Below, piece after piece: positions 50,737 to 62,700 of a DNA stretch of 64,000 nt (position 1 is its first letter; each line of letters opens with the position of its first letter). The stretch lies in IMG/VR virus record IMGVR_UViG_3300019757_000003, positions 32,001-96,000 of that record, one strand, 5' to 3'. The translations under genes were made by a program, and so were the position numbers. A model generated the notes under the pieces. It worked only from the letters and a program-made list of their open reading frames with translations, was not told the origin of the DNA and did not search any database. The DNA is from a virus.

Positions 50737-51123
50737 ATGAGACCAATAGAATTTAGAGTATGGGATATAGCAAATGAGGCAATGGATTACAGAAAACCTC
50801 AACATAGTAGTTTGACCAATAGTTTTAACTATAGGTCAGAAAACCCTATAATGCAATACACTGGACTTAAAGATAAAAAGGGTACTAAGATATTTGAAGG
50901 TGACATAGTTAAACTTCAAGATTTCTCTTCCTATGAAGAAGTCTACTATAAAGGCACTATAGACTATATACAAAGTCATTTTTCTTTTAAATACTCAAAC
51001 ATAAAACCATCTAAAAGATTAGGTTTAGGCACATTTTATCCTGATGGTGAGCAGAACATAGCTGTAGAGTTAGAAGTAGTAGGAAATATCTATGAACATC
51101 CAGAATTATTGGAGATTAAATGA
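50737..51123 (+). CDS. YopX family protein
   Basis: FRVWD...MQYTGLKDK.G..IFEGDI...EVVGNIYEHPELL. Confidence 0.92.
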   Translation: MRPIEFRVWDIANEAMDYRKPQHSSLTNSFNYRSENPIMQYTGLKDKKGTKIFEGDIVKLQDFSSYEEVYYKGTIDYIQSHFSFKYSNIKPSKRLGLGTFYPDGEQNIAVELEVVGNIYEHPELLEIK

Positions 51124-52008
51124 ACGAAGAAACTAGGGAATATCAAATATATTGGTACTTAAAGGAGTTAGAAGATGAAGAATAAACAATTAAGAGATTT
51201 AGGTATAAATACAGGAGTAGTATGTACTAGTAAAAAACAAGTAAGATCTCTTCTGTCTAAAAAGAATTACAAACGTGTTAAGGATTGGATACAACCAATA
51301 CTTGAGCAAGATAATACTATAGCAGTTTTTAGGACAACTAGTATTTTCTGTGAATCTAAGGTGGTAGGGATAGCCTCACCTAAGTACTACGAGTATAGTA
51401 CCACCAACTATAATCCAAATTATAAGAGTGCTAAGGAAGAATGCCTACTAAGAAGGCTTAGAAAGTCATTTACAGTAACTCTACCAAATGAACAGAGAAA
51501 ATTAGAGAACGATTGGTCCAAAAGGCAACGGAAAGGTTTAGAATGAAAAATAAAGACAGTTGTAAGCTATGTAGGTATAATAGAGAACTAGGAGTCTACA
51601 TAAGATTAGACTACATGACGGGTATTGACTTATATGGTAGAACTAAAGAAGATGTAAAAGAAGGTATTTGTACACATAACATTAAAAGGAAACAAATGAA
51701 AGCAACAGCATATAGCTATTTAAAAGCTAAATATGGTAAAAAGATAGTTAAAAAGGTATTTAAAATACTAGAATTAGATAAGAGTAGACCAATGCCTACA
51801 GAGAATGTGAGAGGTAGTGGCAATACTACAGTAGCCGTACTAGAAGCCTGGCTGCACAAGTACACAACAAAAAGACGCACACTATTTATTGGCAGACATG
51901 AACCAGAGAACTATAAATCTAATAGCTTAGATTTTATGATGTTTGAAAGAGTTAGTGGTCAATGGGTATTTGAGCAGTTGTATAAAGACTTATCTGAAGA
52001 GTTAGACA

Positions 52009-52569
52009 ATGAGCTTACTTAGAAATAGCATAGTTACTCCAGATGGAACAGAATTAACCTCTAAGAGTAGACATCACTTCAATCAATACAAAGATAAGAA
52101 TGGTAATACTTATGCTGTTGATGGAGGTCTGGAGTACCTTAAAAGAGTATGTGATGTACATGACTATAAAGAGACAAACTTACAAAGTTGTATGCGTATA
52201 GAAAAGCTTAGAGAAGAATTAACTTGGAGCAGTTACGGTAAAGATGGTACAGAACCTCTAAAACTTACTAAGTTTAAAGATTTATCTACTAACCATATCA
52301 ATAATATAGTAAAAACTCAATACCATAGTAAGTATGTTAAAGTACTTATTAGAGAGTTAGAGTATAGAGATAAGAACAACTTACATCTATACGAGTACAA
52401 TGTTAAAGCTAAAGATTGTGTAGAAGAGTTCTATTTCTTAAATGAAGTATTCCTAGGTAGAAGTAGAGAACAAGCTATTTACAAGGCATTTAAACATTGG
52501 AAATTAAGAGATTACAAGACATACTTTGAGTTTAAGAGAGATATGTCTTGTGTAAGAGTAGAAGAATAA
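52009..52569 (+). CDS. Conserved phage protein (S..RH.F...AVDGG..YLKR family)
   Basis: Motifs as named; last gene of the + strand block. Confidence 0.7.
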   Translation: MSLLRNSIVTPDGTELTSKSRHHFNQYKDKNGNTYAVDGGLEYLKRVCDVHDYKETNLQSCMRIEKLREELTWSSYGKDGTEPLKLTKFKDLSTNHINNIVKTQYHSKYVKVLIRELEYRDKNNLHLYEYNVKAKDCVEEFYFLNEVFLGRSREQAIYKAFKHWKLRDYKTYFEFKRDMSCVRVEE

Positions 52570-52595
52570 CAAGGAAGAGTTAGACTCTTACCTTG
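52570..52595. terminator. Hairpin between the convergent gene blocks
   Basis: CAAGG-AAGAGT-TAG-ACTCTT-A-CCTTG; no U-tract, so termination is inferred from position only. Confidence 0.45.
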
Positions 52596-52599
52596 AGTC

Positions 52600-53472
52600 T
52601 CATACTCCCATCTGGGTAAATAAATTATTCATTGAGTTAGCTGTAAATTTTTTACCATTACGTTCTCCAACCCATCCACCAGAAGCAGACTTGTAATATG
52701 TCCAGTCATCCTTAGGTTGTGGTACATTAGATGGATCATATATATTAGGCACAATAGGTGTGTTACCTTGAACTACAGGACTAACAGTATTAGCATTGTT
52801 TGGTGTGTAAGTTTGATGATTTCCTCCGAATCTGGATTTCCAGTGATTTAGGTAGTCTTGAACTGTACCGTTACCTCCAGGTATATTACTTCTAATATTC
52901 TTCATATTTACATTACCTCCACTAAGTATAGCTTTAGCACCACCTAACCCCTGGTTGTGAGCTAACCAAAGGTTCATATTAGTAGGTTTATACCCTGCTT
53001 TAATTAGTCCTGCTCTATTATCAGCAGTAAACCTCTTAATCATATCCTCTTGTCCCTTAGGAGTTCTAGCATACTCTTTAGTAATACCCATTTTTTTAAT
53101 CATATCAGCTTCAGTGCTAGGTATAAACTGGTACTTACCATAAGCTCCAGAGGATTTATTATAAGCATCATACTTACCTTTAGATTCCACATTAGCTAAT
53201 TGCTTGAAATACTCATCTGTGTTTACATTTGTAGGTACTCCAGTGCCAGTTGGAGTGTTTGCAGGATTAGGTACTTGTCCTGGCACAACATTGGGTTGGG
53301 TTAAACCTCGATTAAAATTTAAAGACATATTACTTTGAGGAGTAAGACCTTGAGAGTAGATTGGGACAGGTGTTCTAGTAGGTTTAGGTGTAGATACACC
53401 TTGAACACCAAGGATTTTAGCTAGTGCACCTTGTTGGTTTTCTCTAGACATATTTCGTTGTGGTTGTAACAT
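52600..53472 (-). CDS. Lysozyme-fold / lytic transglycosylase protein with low-complexity Pro/Asn/Thr flanks
   Basis: VES.G...A.N..SGA.G.YQF...T and LAHNQG.GGA; ATG 53472 follows GGAG. Confidence 0.85.
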   Translation of the reverse strand: MLQPQRNMSRENQQGALAKILGVQGVSTPKPTRTPVPIYSQGLTPQSNMSLNFNRGLTQPNVVPGQVPNPANTPTGTGVPTNVNTDEYFKQLANVESKGKYDAYNKSSGAYGKYQFIPSTEADMIKKMGITKEYARTPKGQEDMIKRFTADNRAGLIKAGYKPTNMNLWLAHNQGLGGAKAILSGGNVNMKNIRSNIPGGNGTVQDYLNHWKSRFGGNHQTYTPNNANTVSPVVQGNTPIVPNIYDPSNVPQPKDDWTYYKSASGGWVGERNGKKFTANSMNNLFTQMGV

Positions 53473-53499
53473 ATGACTCCAATATAACAAATTTTAAAG

Positions 53500-53552
53500 A
53501 TATTATAACATAAAAAATACGATTTTAAGCGTTGACTTAATTAGATAACAAC
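53500..53552. promoter_or_regulatory. Divergent promoter pair
   Basis: Minus strand TGtTATAAT near 53502-53510; plus strand TTTAAG...TTAGATACA near 53524-53550 (approximate). Confidence 0.5.
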
Positions 53553-53612
53553 CAACAAACAAGGAGGATACACAGAATAAACAAAACAAATAAAACACAA
53601 GGGTCAAAATAT

Positions 53613-53828
53613 ATGACAAACAGACGACAGACTTTCTTCAACTATACAGAAGAAGAAATTGAAGCCGAAGTAATGGCACAAGAGATACATAGAGAAGAAC
53701 TAGCAAAGTATGACGAATACCGTTTAGAGGTAGACCAAGCAATGCAAGATGCTCACTATGAGAAACAAGAAGAGTACAGAATGTACCAAGAATTAGATAG
53801 AATTAGTAGATTAAAGAACCTCTACTAA
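53613..53828 (+). CDS. Small acidic helical protein on the + strand inside the late region
   Basis: 71 aa, AAGGG upstream, stop codon abuts that of the 984-aa gene. Confidence 0.6.
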   Translation: MTNRRQTFFNYTEEEIEAEVMAQEIHREELAKYDEYRLEVDQAMQDAHYEKQEEYRMYQELDRISRLKNLY

Positions 53829-56783
53829 CTAACCAAACACCTGCCAAGGAGCAACCATATTAGGATTCCAAGGATCAAATTGAGTACTATCTCTCATACC
53901 TATTAGAGAATTACCTATATGAGCATTACCATAGTTAGTAAGTTCATTCATACCAACATAAGTAGCTCCACCAGTAACAGCTTTAGTATAAGCTAATGAC
54001 CATAACATCTTCTGTATTCTAAGAAGGAAATGTGGAAACATAAACAAACCTAGAGACTTCCATTGTTCAATTTGTTCAGGTAAAGCATCTCTATAATCAA
54101 TAAATGAACCATGAACAATCTCAGTAGCAATATCACTCATTTCTTGGGGACTTAAATTAGGTTTAGATTGCGACATTTGGTCTATTAAATGTTTATAGAG
54201 AGTCCACTTACCAATCAAATCCACCATAGTAGTAACAGCACCACCATACCTAACTAGCTCAGATTGACCAGGAGAAGCTAAGATTTCACTAATCAATTTT
54301 TGATGTTGTTTAGTATCTTTAATAGCATTAAACTTCTGGCTAAGTCTGGTAAGTTCAGATTTGAGAGTACCATTACTAGTTACTTTAGAATCAGCATAAG
54401 TAAGTATAGAAGCTAGAGACAGTCCAGTATTGGACATAGAATCCATTATTTTTACAACTGAAGGATAATCATCGACTTTACTAAGGAATCCATCTAAACG
54501 TCTCTGAAGACCTTCATTAGCTTCTCTATCTCCAATTAACATTTGAGTAGATAAAGTTTGATTGAAACCGTTATCCTCAGCTACTTTAAATGGGTGTACT
54601 TCAATAGTAGCGTCTACTTCATCTAGCTGAGACTTTAGAGTCTTATAAGTAGAGTCAGCTTCATCAGTACCTTTCACCATCATACTTAACATAATTTGTT
54701 TCTGTCTTAATTGGCTAAACTCCTTATGATACCTGACAGCTTCTTTACCATACTTAGCTGCACTAGTAAGAGGTACTTGATGAATAGCTAGAATACTACC
54801 AGTAGATATAGCATCCATCATAATTTTGGTAGGATTTACTATAGCCCAATGAACAGCTTCCATAGTAACTAAATCTCGGAGTAGTTGTTCTACTTTATGA
54901 GCATATCTATTCTTATTATTAAATAGAGGTTTATTAGAATAGCCAAGCATCTGAGTCTTTAAGTCTCTGTGAACCATAGTAGCATACCTAGGTAGCTCAA
55001 GAACACTAGTAGCATTACCAAAGTTCTTATCTTTAAGAGTTCTGCCTTTATTAGTAGTAGACATATAATGTTTCTTAATCAAAGGGTAGTCTTTAATATC
55101 TAACAATGAATCAGCACTAAAGTCAAAGTTAAGGAACATAGGACTAATACCCTTTGCTAAACCTTTCTCAACCTTATCTGCTTCAGTAGGCAAATAGACC
55201 TTAGTGGTTTGATTATCTATAATGTGTTTAATTGTAGACATAGTTTGTAGTATCTCTTCATTATGAGCATAAGACCTATGTAATACACTAGGAGTTTCAT
55301 TATCTACTTCCATCTTATCCAACATCTTCTGAGTCAATCTGAGAACGTACCGAGGTACTTTGTCATAATGTCTCACTTCGACATTGTTGGACTTCAAATC
55401 AAACTTATACTCTAAATACTGTTCATGAGATAAATGGATACCATCATCAGGAATAGTAGTATTAGATATGATACCAGCAGTCTGACCAAAATCAGTTCTC
55501 TCTCTAATAGCTACACCAATTTGACCTTTACTATACTCTTTGATAATAGTCCATTTGTCTTCAGGTTTAAGCTTATCCACATCAGCTTGAGATAGTAAAG
55601 GTATCTTATCATAGTTCTTTTTAAAGTGTACACTTCTACCTGTTTTATTATCTAACTTATACATAGACTTACCTCTTAAATCTACATCAATTTGACTTCC
55701 TACAGCAGAAGTAGCTTGAGATAACATAAGAAATTCATTATAAGAACCTTTAGATTTACTATCTTTCTTAAATTTAGATAAAGTATCTAATTGTTCCTTA
55801 CCACCTAATTTTAATTGATGTAAAGCTACTATCTTCATAAAGTCTTGTAAATACTTACCACCAAGGTTACTATAAACAAATCGTTCATTAACACCAGTGT
55901 CCACAATATCTGCCAAGTCTCTAGTATGGTAAAACTTAGCTAAATCTTCAGCAGACTTACCTATACCTACCTCTATCATCTTAGTATTGGCTATACCAGA
56001 TTGACTTACAAGCTCTTTAATCTGCTCATCTATAGCAGACATAGGGTCAGAACTACTTAAGGCTTTATCTAGATTCTCTTGGTCTATTAAATGAATATGT
56101 GAAAAATTGAATAAAGAAGAAATATGGTCTAGTTGTTTCTTAGTGTAGTCTTTAGTAACTTCTCTGAATAGTCGTTTAGACTTAGTGAGCATCTCTATAT
56201 CTATTTCATTCCTAGCCCTAGAAGCTTTAGTTTTATCTGACAGATAAGTGCTAATTTGTTTATAGTCAATACCAGTCTTGAGCTTCATATATATCAAGAG
56301 TTCATTAATAAGTTCACTAGGAGTTTCTCTATCTTTAAGAGCATTTACTGCTTTGTGATAGATACCCTCAGCATTACTCATCTTATTCTTATGGAAGTCT
56401 TGAACCCAATTACTATTAACTACACCTAAAGCAGAGTTAGAAATACCTTTACCAACTCCTTTAGTCAAATCACTACCTATAATAGCTTTAATAGGAGTAA
56501 TAATACCTAAAGATATAGCTGACCTAGTAAGACTATTAGCTGTCTCAAATATACCATTAACAGGAGCTATATACGGAGGTTTTTGACCTTTGTACATAAC
56601 ATGAGATAGAGACCTATCTAAATCTGTTTTAGGTTTATTAGCCTCAGCTAGTACCTCATCATATAGTAGATTTACTTGTTTAGTGACCTCAGAAGAAGAT
56701 AACTTAGGATTATCCTTCTTTAGTTGTTTACTCATTATTTCTAGCAGTTTAACCTTATCTACATCTTTTATACTACAGCTCAT
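53829..56783 (-). CDS. 984-aa virion/ejected protein, probably equivalent to the C-terminal region of N4-type vRNAP
   Basis: TAATG-coupled to the vRNAP stop; D...K..LY.HL...F.DY...SLGL..F...LR..K tail. Confidence 0.65.
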   Translation of the reverse strand: MSCSIKDVDKVKLLEIMSKQLKKDNPKLSSSEVTKQVNLLYDEVLAEANKPKTDLDRSLSHVMYKGQKPPYIAPVNGIFETANSLTRSAISLGIITPIKAIIGSDLTKGVGKGISNSALGVVNSNWVQDFHKNKMSNAEGIYHKAVNALKDRETPSELINELLIYMKLKTGIDYKQISTYLSDKTKASRARNEIDIEMLTKSKRLFREVTKDYTKKQLDHISSLFNFSHIHLIDQENLDKALSSSDPMSAIDEQIKELVSQSGIANTKMIEVGIGKSAEDLAKFYHTRDLADIVDTGVNERFVYSNLGGKYLQDFMKIVALHQLKLGGKEQLDTLSKFKKDSKSKGSYNEFLMLSQATSAVGSQIDVDLRGKSMYKLDNKTGRSVHFKKNYDKIPLLSQADVDKLKPEDKWTIIKEYSKGQIGVAIRERTDFGQTAGIISNTTIPDDGIHLSHEQYLEYKFDLKSNNVEVRHYDKVPRYVLRLTQKMLDKMEVDNETPSVLHRSYAHNEEILQTMSTIKHIIDNQTTKVYLPTEADKVEKGLAKGISPMFLNFDFSADSLLDIKDYPLIKKHYMSTTNKGRTLKDKNFGNATSVLELPRYATMVHRDLKTQMLGYSNKPLFNNKNRYAHKVEQLLRDLVTMEAVHWAIVNPTKIMMDAISTGSILAIHQVPLTSAAKYGKEAVRYHKEFSQLRQKQIMLSMMVKGTDEADSTYKTLKSQLDEVDATIEVHPFKVAEDNGFNQTLSTQMLIGDREANEGLQRRLDGFLSKVDDYPSVVKIMDSMSNTGLSLASILTYADSKVTSNGTLKSELTRLSQKFNAIKDTKQHQKLISEILASPGQSELVRYGGAVTTMVDLIGKWTLYKHLIDQMSQSKPNLSPQEMSDIATEIVHGSFIDYRDALPEQIEQWKSLGLFMFPHFLLRIQKMLWSLAYTKAVTGGATYVGMNELTNYGNAHIGNSLIGMRDSTQFDPWNPNMVAPWQVFG

Positions 56784-59700
56784 TACTCGCATCCTTCTTG
56801 TACATTTTTAATAGTAGTATACAATATTTCTTTAGTGTTCTTGGTTTGTATAGTACCTAAAGACTCTTGTTCTTGTTGGTTATCAGGTTTAGGCTTACCA
56901 CCTTCTTTACTAGATTCAAATATAATATTCTCAAGAGACCTATTAAATACTTCAACAGTAATATTAGACAACTCTTTACCTGTAATAGCTTTATAAGCAC
57001 TACTAAGAATATCTTTGATAGACTTCATAAGATGTTTAACCATTCTATCAGAGAAGATACCAAGACTAGACTCAGTTTCTTGAGTAGTTGCATTATTACT
57101 TAGATAATCCCTAAACTCTTGGTTACTCCTATATATAGCTACAAACTCAGACATAGCAGCAACTCTTTTGGAGTCATCTTCACCATTACCAAGTTCTCGA
57201 TGTATGTACTCAAATCTATCATGCAAAGACTGACCTAGTATATCCCCATCTGCTGTAGTTCCTTTAGTATCGTCTAATATGTCAGGTAATTTATTCTTAA
57301 ACTTAACAAAAACACTAGATAGTACTTTAAAAGCATTACTTTGCTTAGTAGACTCCATAAAAAATTGGTTTCTAATATACTCAGCTGTAACACTATGTTG
57401 TACCTCATGGTCAATATACTTTAAGAAACTCTTAGTATCTGAAAAGGTAATATCATTGCCTACAAATATCTGCTCATCATTAGGATTAAACTTAAAAGCT
57501 TTTCCAGAGACTAAACTGTTATCTGAATTTAAAGCACTCTTAATGTTCTCAATGTAAACCTTAGTCTCTTCATCAGTATCCTCAATACTATTAAGAAAAT
57601 CAGTACCCTCACTAACTTTTAGAGCTTTATCTTTCGACTTTAGAGCTTGTTGAAAATCATATATAAATGAATTCGTATCCTTTTTAACAACCTCACCAAA
57701 GTTATTAACAATACTAGATAATTGGGCTATACTAGTAGTGTCTTTGTCAGCAAATCTCTCAGCCATAGTATCTTGAGACACTTCTGTAGGCTTATTAGGA
57801 TTGTACTTACCATCTGTGTTAGTTATCTTATTATACTCATGAAAACCTTGAGATACATCAATTACTTTAAAGTCTTGTTTACTGTACTCCTCAGAAGTGT
57901 TCTTAAGAACTAAGTCAATATTATTAGCTAAATCATAGCCTACAAGAGGTACATTAGTAACAGTCTCATCCAAGTCTTTAGCTTCTTTGTTCAGAGAAGT
58001 CATAAAATCATCAATAGCTTTAGAAGACTTTACTTGACCTCTAGTCATGCCTTTAAGGACAGTACCATCAGGACTAGTGTAGTCATACCCTATTTGACCC
58101 TTTAGTGACTCAGATGTCTCCAATTCTTTATGAGAAGGGCTACCATCATTATCCCTTTTAAGAGCAAGTTCATATGTAAACTCATTACTAGGTAATAAGG
58201 TTAAAGTCTTATCCTCTCCTACTTGCTTACCATCTTTATAGATAGAAGCTGTTAAACTAGTAATTTCCTTAGTTTTAAGAGACTTACCTGAGGTAGTAGA
58301 ACTCATTACAATATAAGGTTCACCACTAGCAACTAAAGACTTTAACTCTTTATAATGTTGAGGAGAATTTTCGTACTTCTTCTTAGGTACAACAGACTTT
58401 ATATCAGGAGCAAAAGAAACTACTGCTTTACGTTGTTCCTTTTGAATTCTCTCAAGAGCCTCAGATTTAGAATCCTTATCTTTACTAGCATCACTCTGTT
58501 TACCAAAATCCCGTTTCTTATATACTTTATAATTAGTAGTATCGATAGGTCCACTAGGCATCTCAGACTCTGAAGGTAATTTACCGAATATAGAGAAATC
58601 CTTATTAGCTCTCAACTCTTCAATCTTAGCTTCTTTACTTGCTAATCTCTTATCTTTATTGATAGTAATATTTTTAATAGCTTTTTCTAGTTTACCAACC
58701 TCACTACTACCTTCGTTAATCTCCTTAACTTGCTCTAAAGTATACTCAAGTTCTATCTCCATTTCACTAAGTATGTCATAGTATTGGGCAACATCTAAAG
58801 TAGCTTCATGATAAAACTCTTTGTACTTTAAAAGAAACTCAGGAGAACCTTTAACAGCATCATGAATAGCAATAGAACCTAAACCTTTGTATATACCTTT
58901 ATCTTTAAAGTACTTAAAAGTTCTCTTAAAAGCAATAAGAAGTATAGCACTATCAATAGCATGTAAAGCTACAACAGAAGCAGAGTTCTTGTTAACATTA
59001 GACATTAACTTAGTAGGTACTACTCCAGCATCTTCAGCTATTTTAGTCATATCTTGTTCAGTAAGCATTAACTTCTCTATTGAAAAGTTAGTATCGGGAT
59101 CAATATCTCCTAGAACTTCTTCAGTAGCTTTTAGGGTTACATCTAAAGGGTTTCTCATAGATATTATATGATTTACACCAGAGCTCCTAAGAAATGATCT
59201 AGCACTTGTAAGAACCTCATATGCCTTATCTATAGTACCTTGTACAGCATTCAAGTCAGCATTAATGTTTTTAAGACCATCACTAAAGATAGTACCAAAG
59301 TTTGCACCAACTTTGCTAGAAACCATCTTAAATGAAGCATTTGTATCTTTAACATCTTCTAATTTAATATCTAAACTCTTAAAAACAGCTTCTGCATTAG
59401 CTTTATCAGTACCTGAACCTTTAAGATAAGCTTTCATCAAATCTATACCTATTTCTTTACCAAGACCTGCAATTAGAGACTTAATCTTTTGACCATAGGA
59501 GTTCGTCATAACTGGATACTTAGCAGTGTCCCTAATCTTTCTCTTATGATCAGGGTTGTTTATATCAAATTCACCATCACCTTCAACATTAGCAATAAAT
59601 TTAAGAATAGCTGAAGTGGCTTTATTCTTCTTTTTGATGGTAGTGTCGTTAAGATCAAGAGAGTTACGCTTATCAATAATGTTCATTACTTCTTTAATAA

Positions 59701-62700
59701 GAGCTAAATAAGCATCCCCACCACCTAAAGTAAGTTCATCTAGTTTATCAGACAACCTAGTAGGTCTATCTTTATCTGATTTACTCTCGCCATCAACTAC
59801 TTCTGATTTAGCTTTAACACCAATGTAGCCTTGAAAGTTAGCAATTTTATTAACAATACCAGAAGCAGAAGCATCAAATTCAGGGTTGAAGTTAGTGGTA
59901 ATCTTTAAATCAGACCACATAATATCTTTATCAGGGTTAGCTTCTTGTTCAGCTTTTACAGCATTACGAACATCTATAATACCTTGAATAGCAGTTATAA
60001 TTTCAGCAACACTATCACCTTTCTGTAGAATTTTCTTTGTATATTCTCCATTATAGACTTCAGAAGACAACAAAGATCTAATACCATTGTTAGAGTAGTG
60101 AGTAAGAATATCCTCAAGTGCTTTAGATTCCTCAGATGAATTAGACGGAGATAGTATGTCATCTACAGTAATCTCAAAATCAGTACTAGATAGAGTGTCA
60201 GCTAAGTTAGCTAAAACAACTAAGTTTTCTTCCTTAGTATTAGTAGTATGTCTAGTATTTAGAATAAACCTAGAGACAATCTTATCTGCTTGGAAGTCTA
60301 AAGCAATGTTCTCTAAATGTATTCTATTATTCCTAGCAGAGAAGTACTCAAAGAATTGTCTCCTCTTCTCGTAAGGTTCAAGAGAGTCATTATTTTCAAG
60401 CTCTCTAATGTAGTCTAAAATACTATCAGCATTACCTTGTCTACTAACTAGTTGACCTATCTCTTCCTCTCTAGTAATTTCAAGACCACTCTTCTCTATA
60501 TTAAGTCCGAAGAAATTCTTTATCCATATATCTTTCTCACTATTACCTAAAGAAGATGTAGTCCTACCTCTTAGAGTTTCAACAATATCAGTAAGAAGAC
60601 CATAGAATTCATTGTCTATCTCTAATGGTTCACTACGTATATCCTTAATAATAGAACTCTGTTCTGAGCTGTTCTCATTACCATCACTTCTAACAGGACC
60701 TTTAGGTTTTGTGGTTGAAGGAGTTTTAGAACTGGATGGATTCAATGCAGCTAAAATTGGTCTAAATGGAGTATCAAATTTACTTTTATAGAACACAGAA
60801 GCTTCAAAAGATCTATCATTCTTATCTACATCTTGGAACTCTTCTTTTAAAAGAATGACATCATCTTTACCAAGAGACATATCAGGAGTTACTTTAACTT
60901 GTCCAACATCTTTACGTTCAGCTAAAGCATAGTGCGTAATACCAGACCCATCATCAGGATTATACTCAGACAAATATCCTAAAGTATTAAGTAATTTTAT
61001 ACCAGTATCACCTATCTTAATGTGGTAAGAAGAAACAGCGTTATCCTTAGTACCTTCCTTAGCCACAACCTCTTGACCATAACTATGAGTAAAACTACGT
61101 CCAATCTCTTTTAAAGTGTCCTGTTTTGTAGCGTAATGAGTGGACATCTCAGCATCTTTATCAGTAGAATTTTGGGTTCTATCAATATTTGATCTCATAT
61201 TCTTAAGAACACCACTAATAGATAAAATAGCTAATCTCATAGCTTTAGGTACAGACAATGGATCTGATTTAGGGAACATAGGTAACTCACCTTTATCAAC
61301 TGCTGCTTCTACTCTTGTAGTTAAGTTTCTTATTATCTCTTTATCAGTATCTAACATATTCCAAGACTTCTCTTGGATATTATGTGCTTTATTGTTTGCA
61401 GACTTAGTACTGATAGCACCACGTTCAAGAACATCTTCAAAAGCTTCATCAGTAACAATCTCAGTGACATATTGTTTTACACGTTTTTCAGATTGTTTAA
61501 TCTTCTTTAAGCCAGACTTATTTCTACTAATCTTCTCGTTAGGATCTCTATCATCTTCAGCTAAGTCTTTAGTGGTACTCTTCAGCTCCACGTTAGGATC
61601 AGGGATATTGTGCATAGCTCCACGTTCAGTAGTAGCACTTTTCAAGTAACTAAGTAGTACATCTCTAGCCTTAGTAGATATAGAACTATTCTTTATAGAA
61701 TTGGTTAAAGAGTCTTGACTTATACTATTAGAGTTGAAGTTCTTAATAGCACTATGTAAAGTATTATATTGGTCAGATTGAGATAACTTACCAAGTTCTG
61801 TAACACTTAGAGTCTGACTTCTTAAAAGTTTATCAGTAGAAGCTTTAATGTCTTCTGACTTAGACTCAGTAACTTTACTAAGAGTTGTATTCTTATACTT
61901 ATGAGTCTCAAAGTTCTCGAACTTCTCACCTAACTCAACTTCAGTGAGTTTATCAATATCAGCTAACTCATTTACAGTAGCCTCAGGTTGCTCTTCAGTG
62001 CCTTTATTTTCTTCATTAGAATCAGTTGTTGGTTCAGTAGGTTTAACCTCTTCAGTAGCTTCCTCAGTAGTATTAGTAGAAGTAGTTTCAGGTTCTACTT
62101 CAGGTTCAGTAGTTGTTTTTTCATCTACTCCAAAACCTAAACTTTTAATAGTCTCTAATCTTTTAGAATACATCTCCTTAGCTTTATCATTAAGTCTTAC
62201 ACTAGAATCAGTATCGTTTATTATAGATTTCAAACTATCATAAGCTTCTTGGTCAGGTAGTTTAGTATTATTTGATAAAATATTGGTTAAAGAAGCTACT
62301 CTATCTTTACCTGTCAAGTCTTTAAGTTTAGCAATGTCCTCAGAAATAGGATTTTGAGTGAATACTTTAGATTCACCTTTCTCTCTTTTAGCTATAACTT
62401 TGTTTAGCATCTCAAGAGTTTTGGTACTAGACTTAGTAGGTTCTTTAGAACTTAGTGCAGTAACAGCTTTTCTGAGCTTTTCAGTAGAGTATTTTTCTAA
62501 CTCTTTAGTAACTGCTCTATTATTCAGACCTTGTGAAATTGACTTAAATCCAGGGATTTTAGAAGTCTCAGTAATGTCTTTAATATTTGTAGTACTTAAA
62601 TCAACATCAGAATCAGTTTTAATCTTACTTTCTGTACTTGTTTTATCTTTACTTAATTCCCTTTCTTTAATAGCTATAGAGTTTTCTTTTCTAGTTTGAA

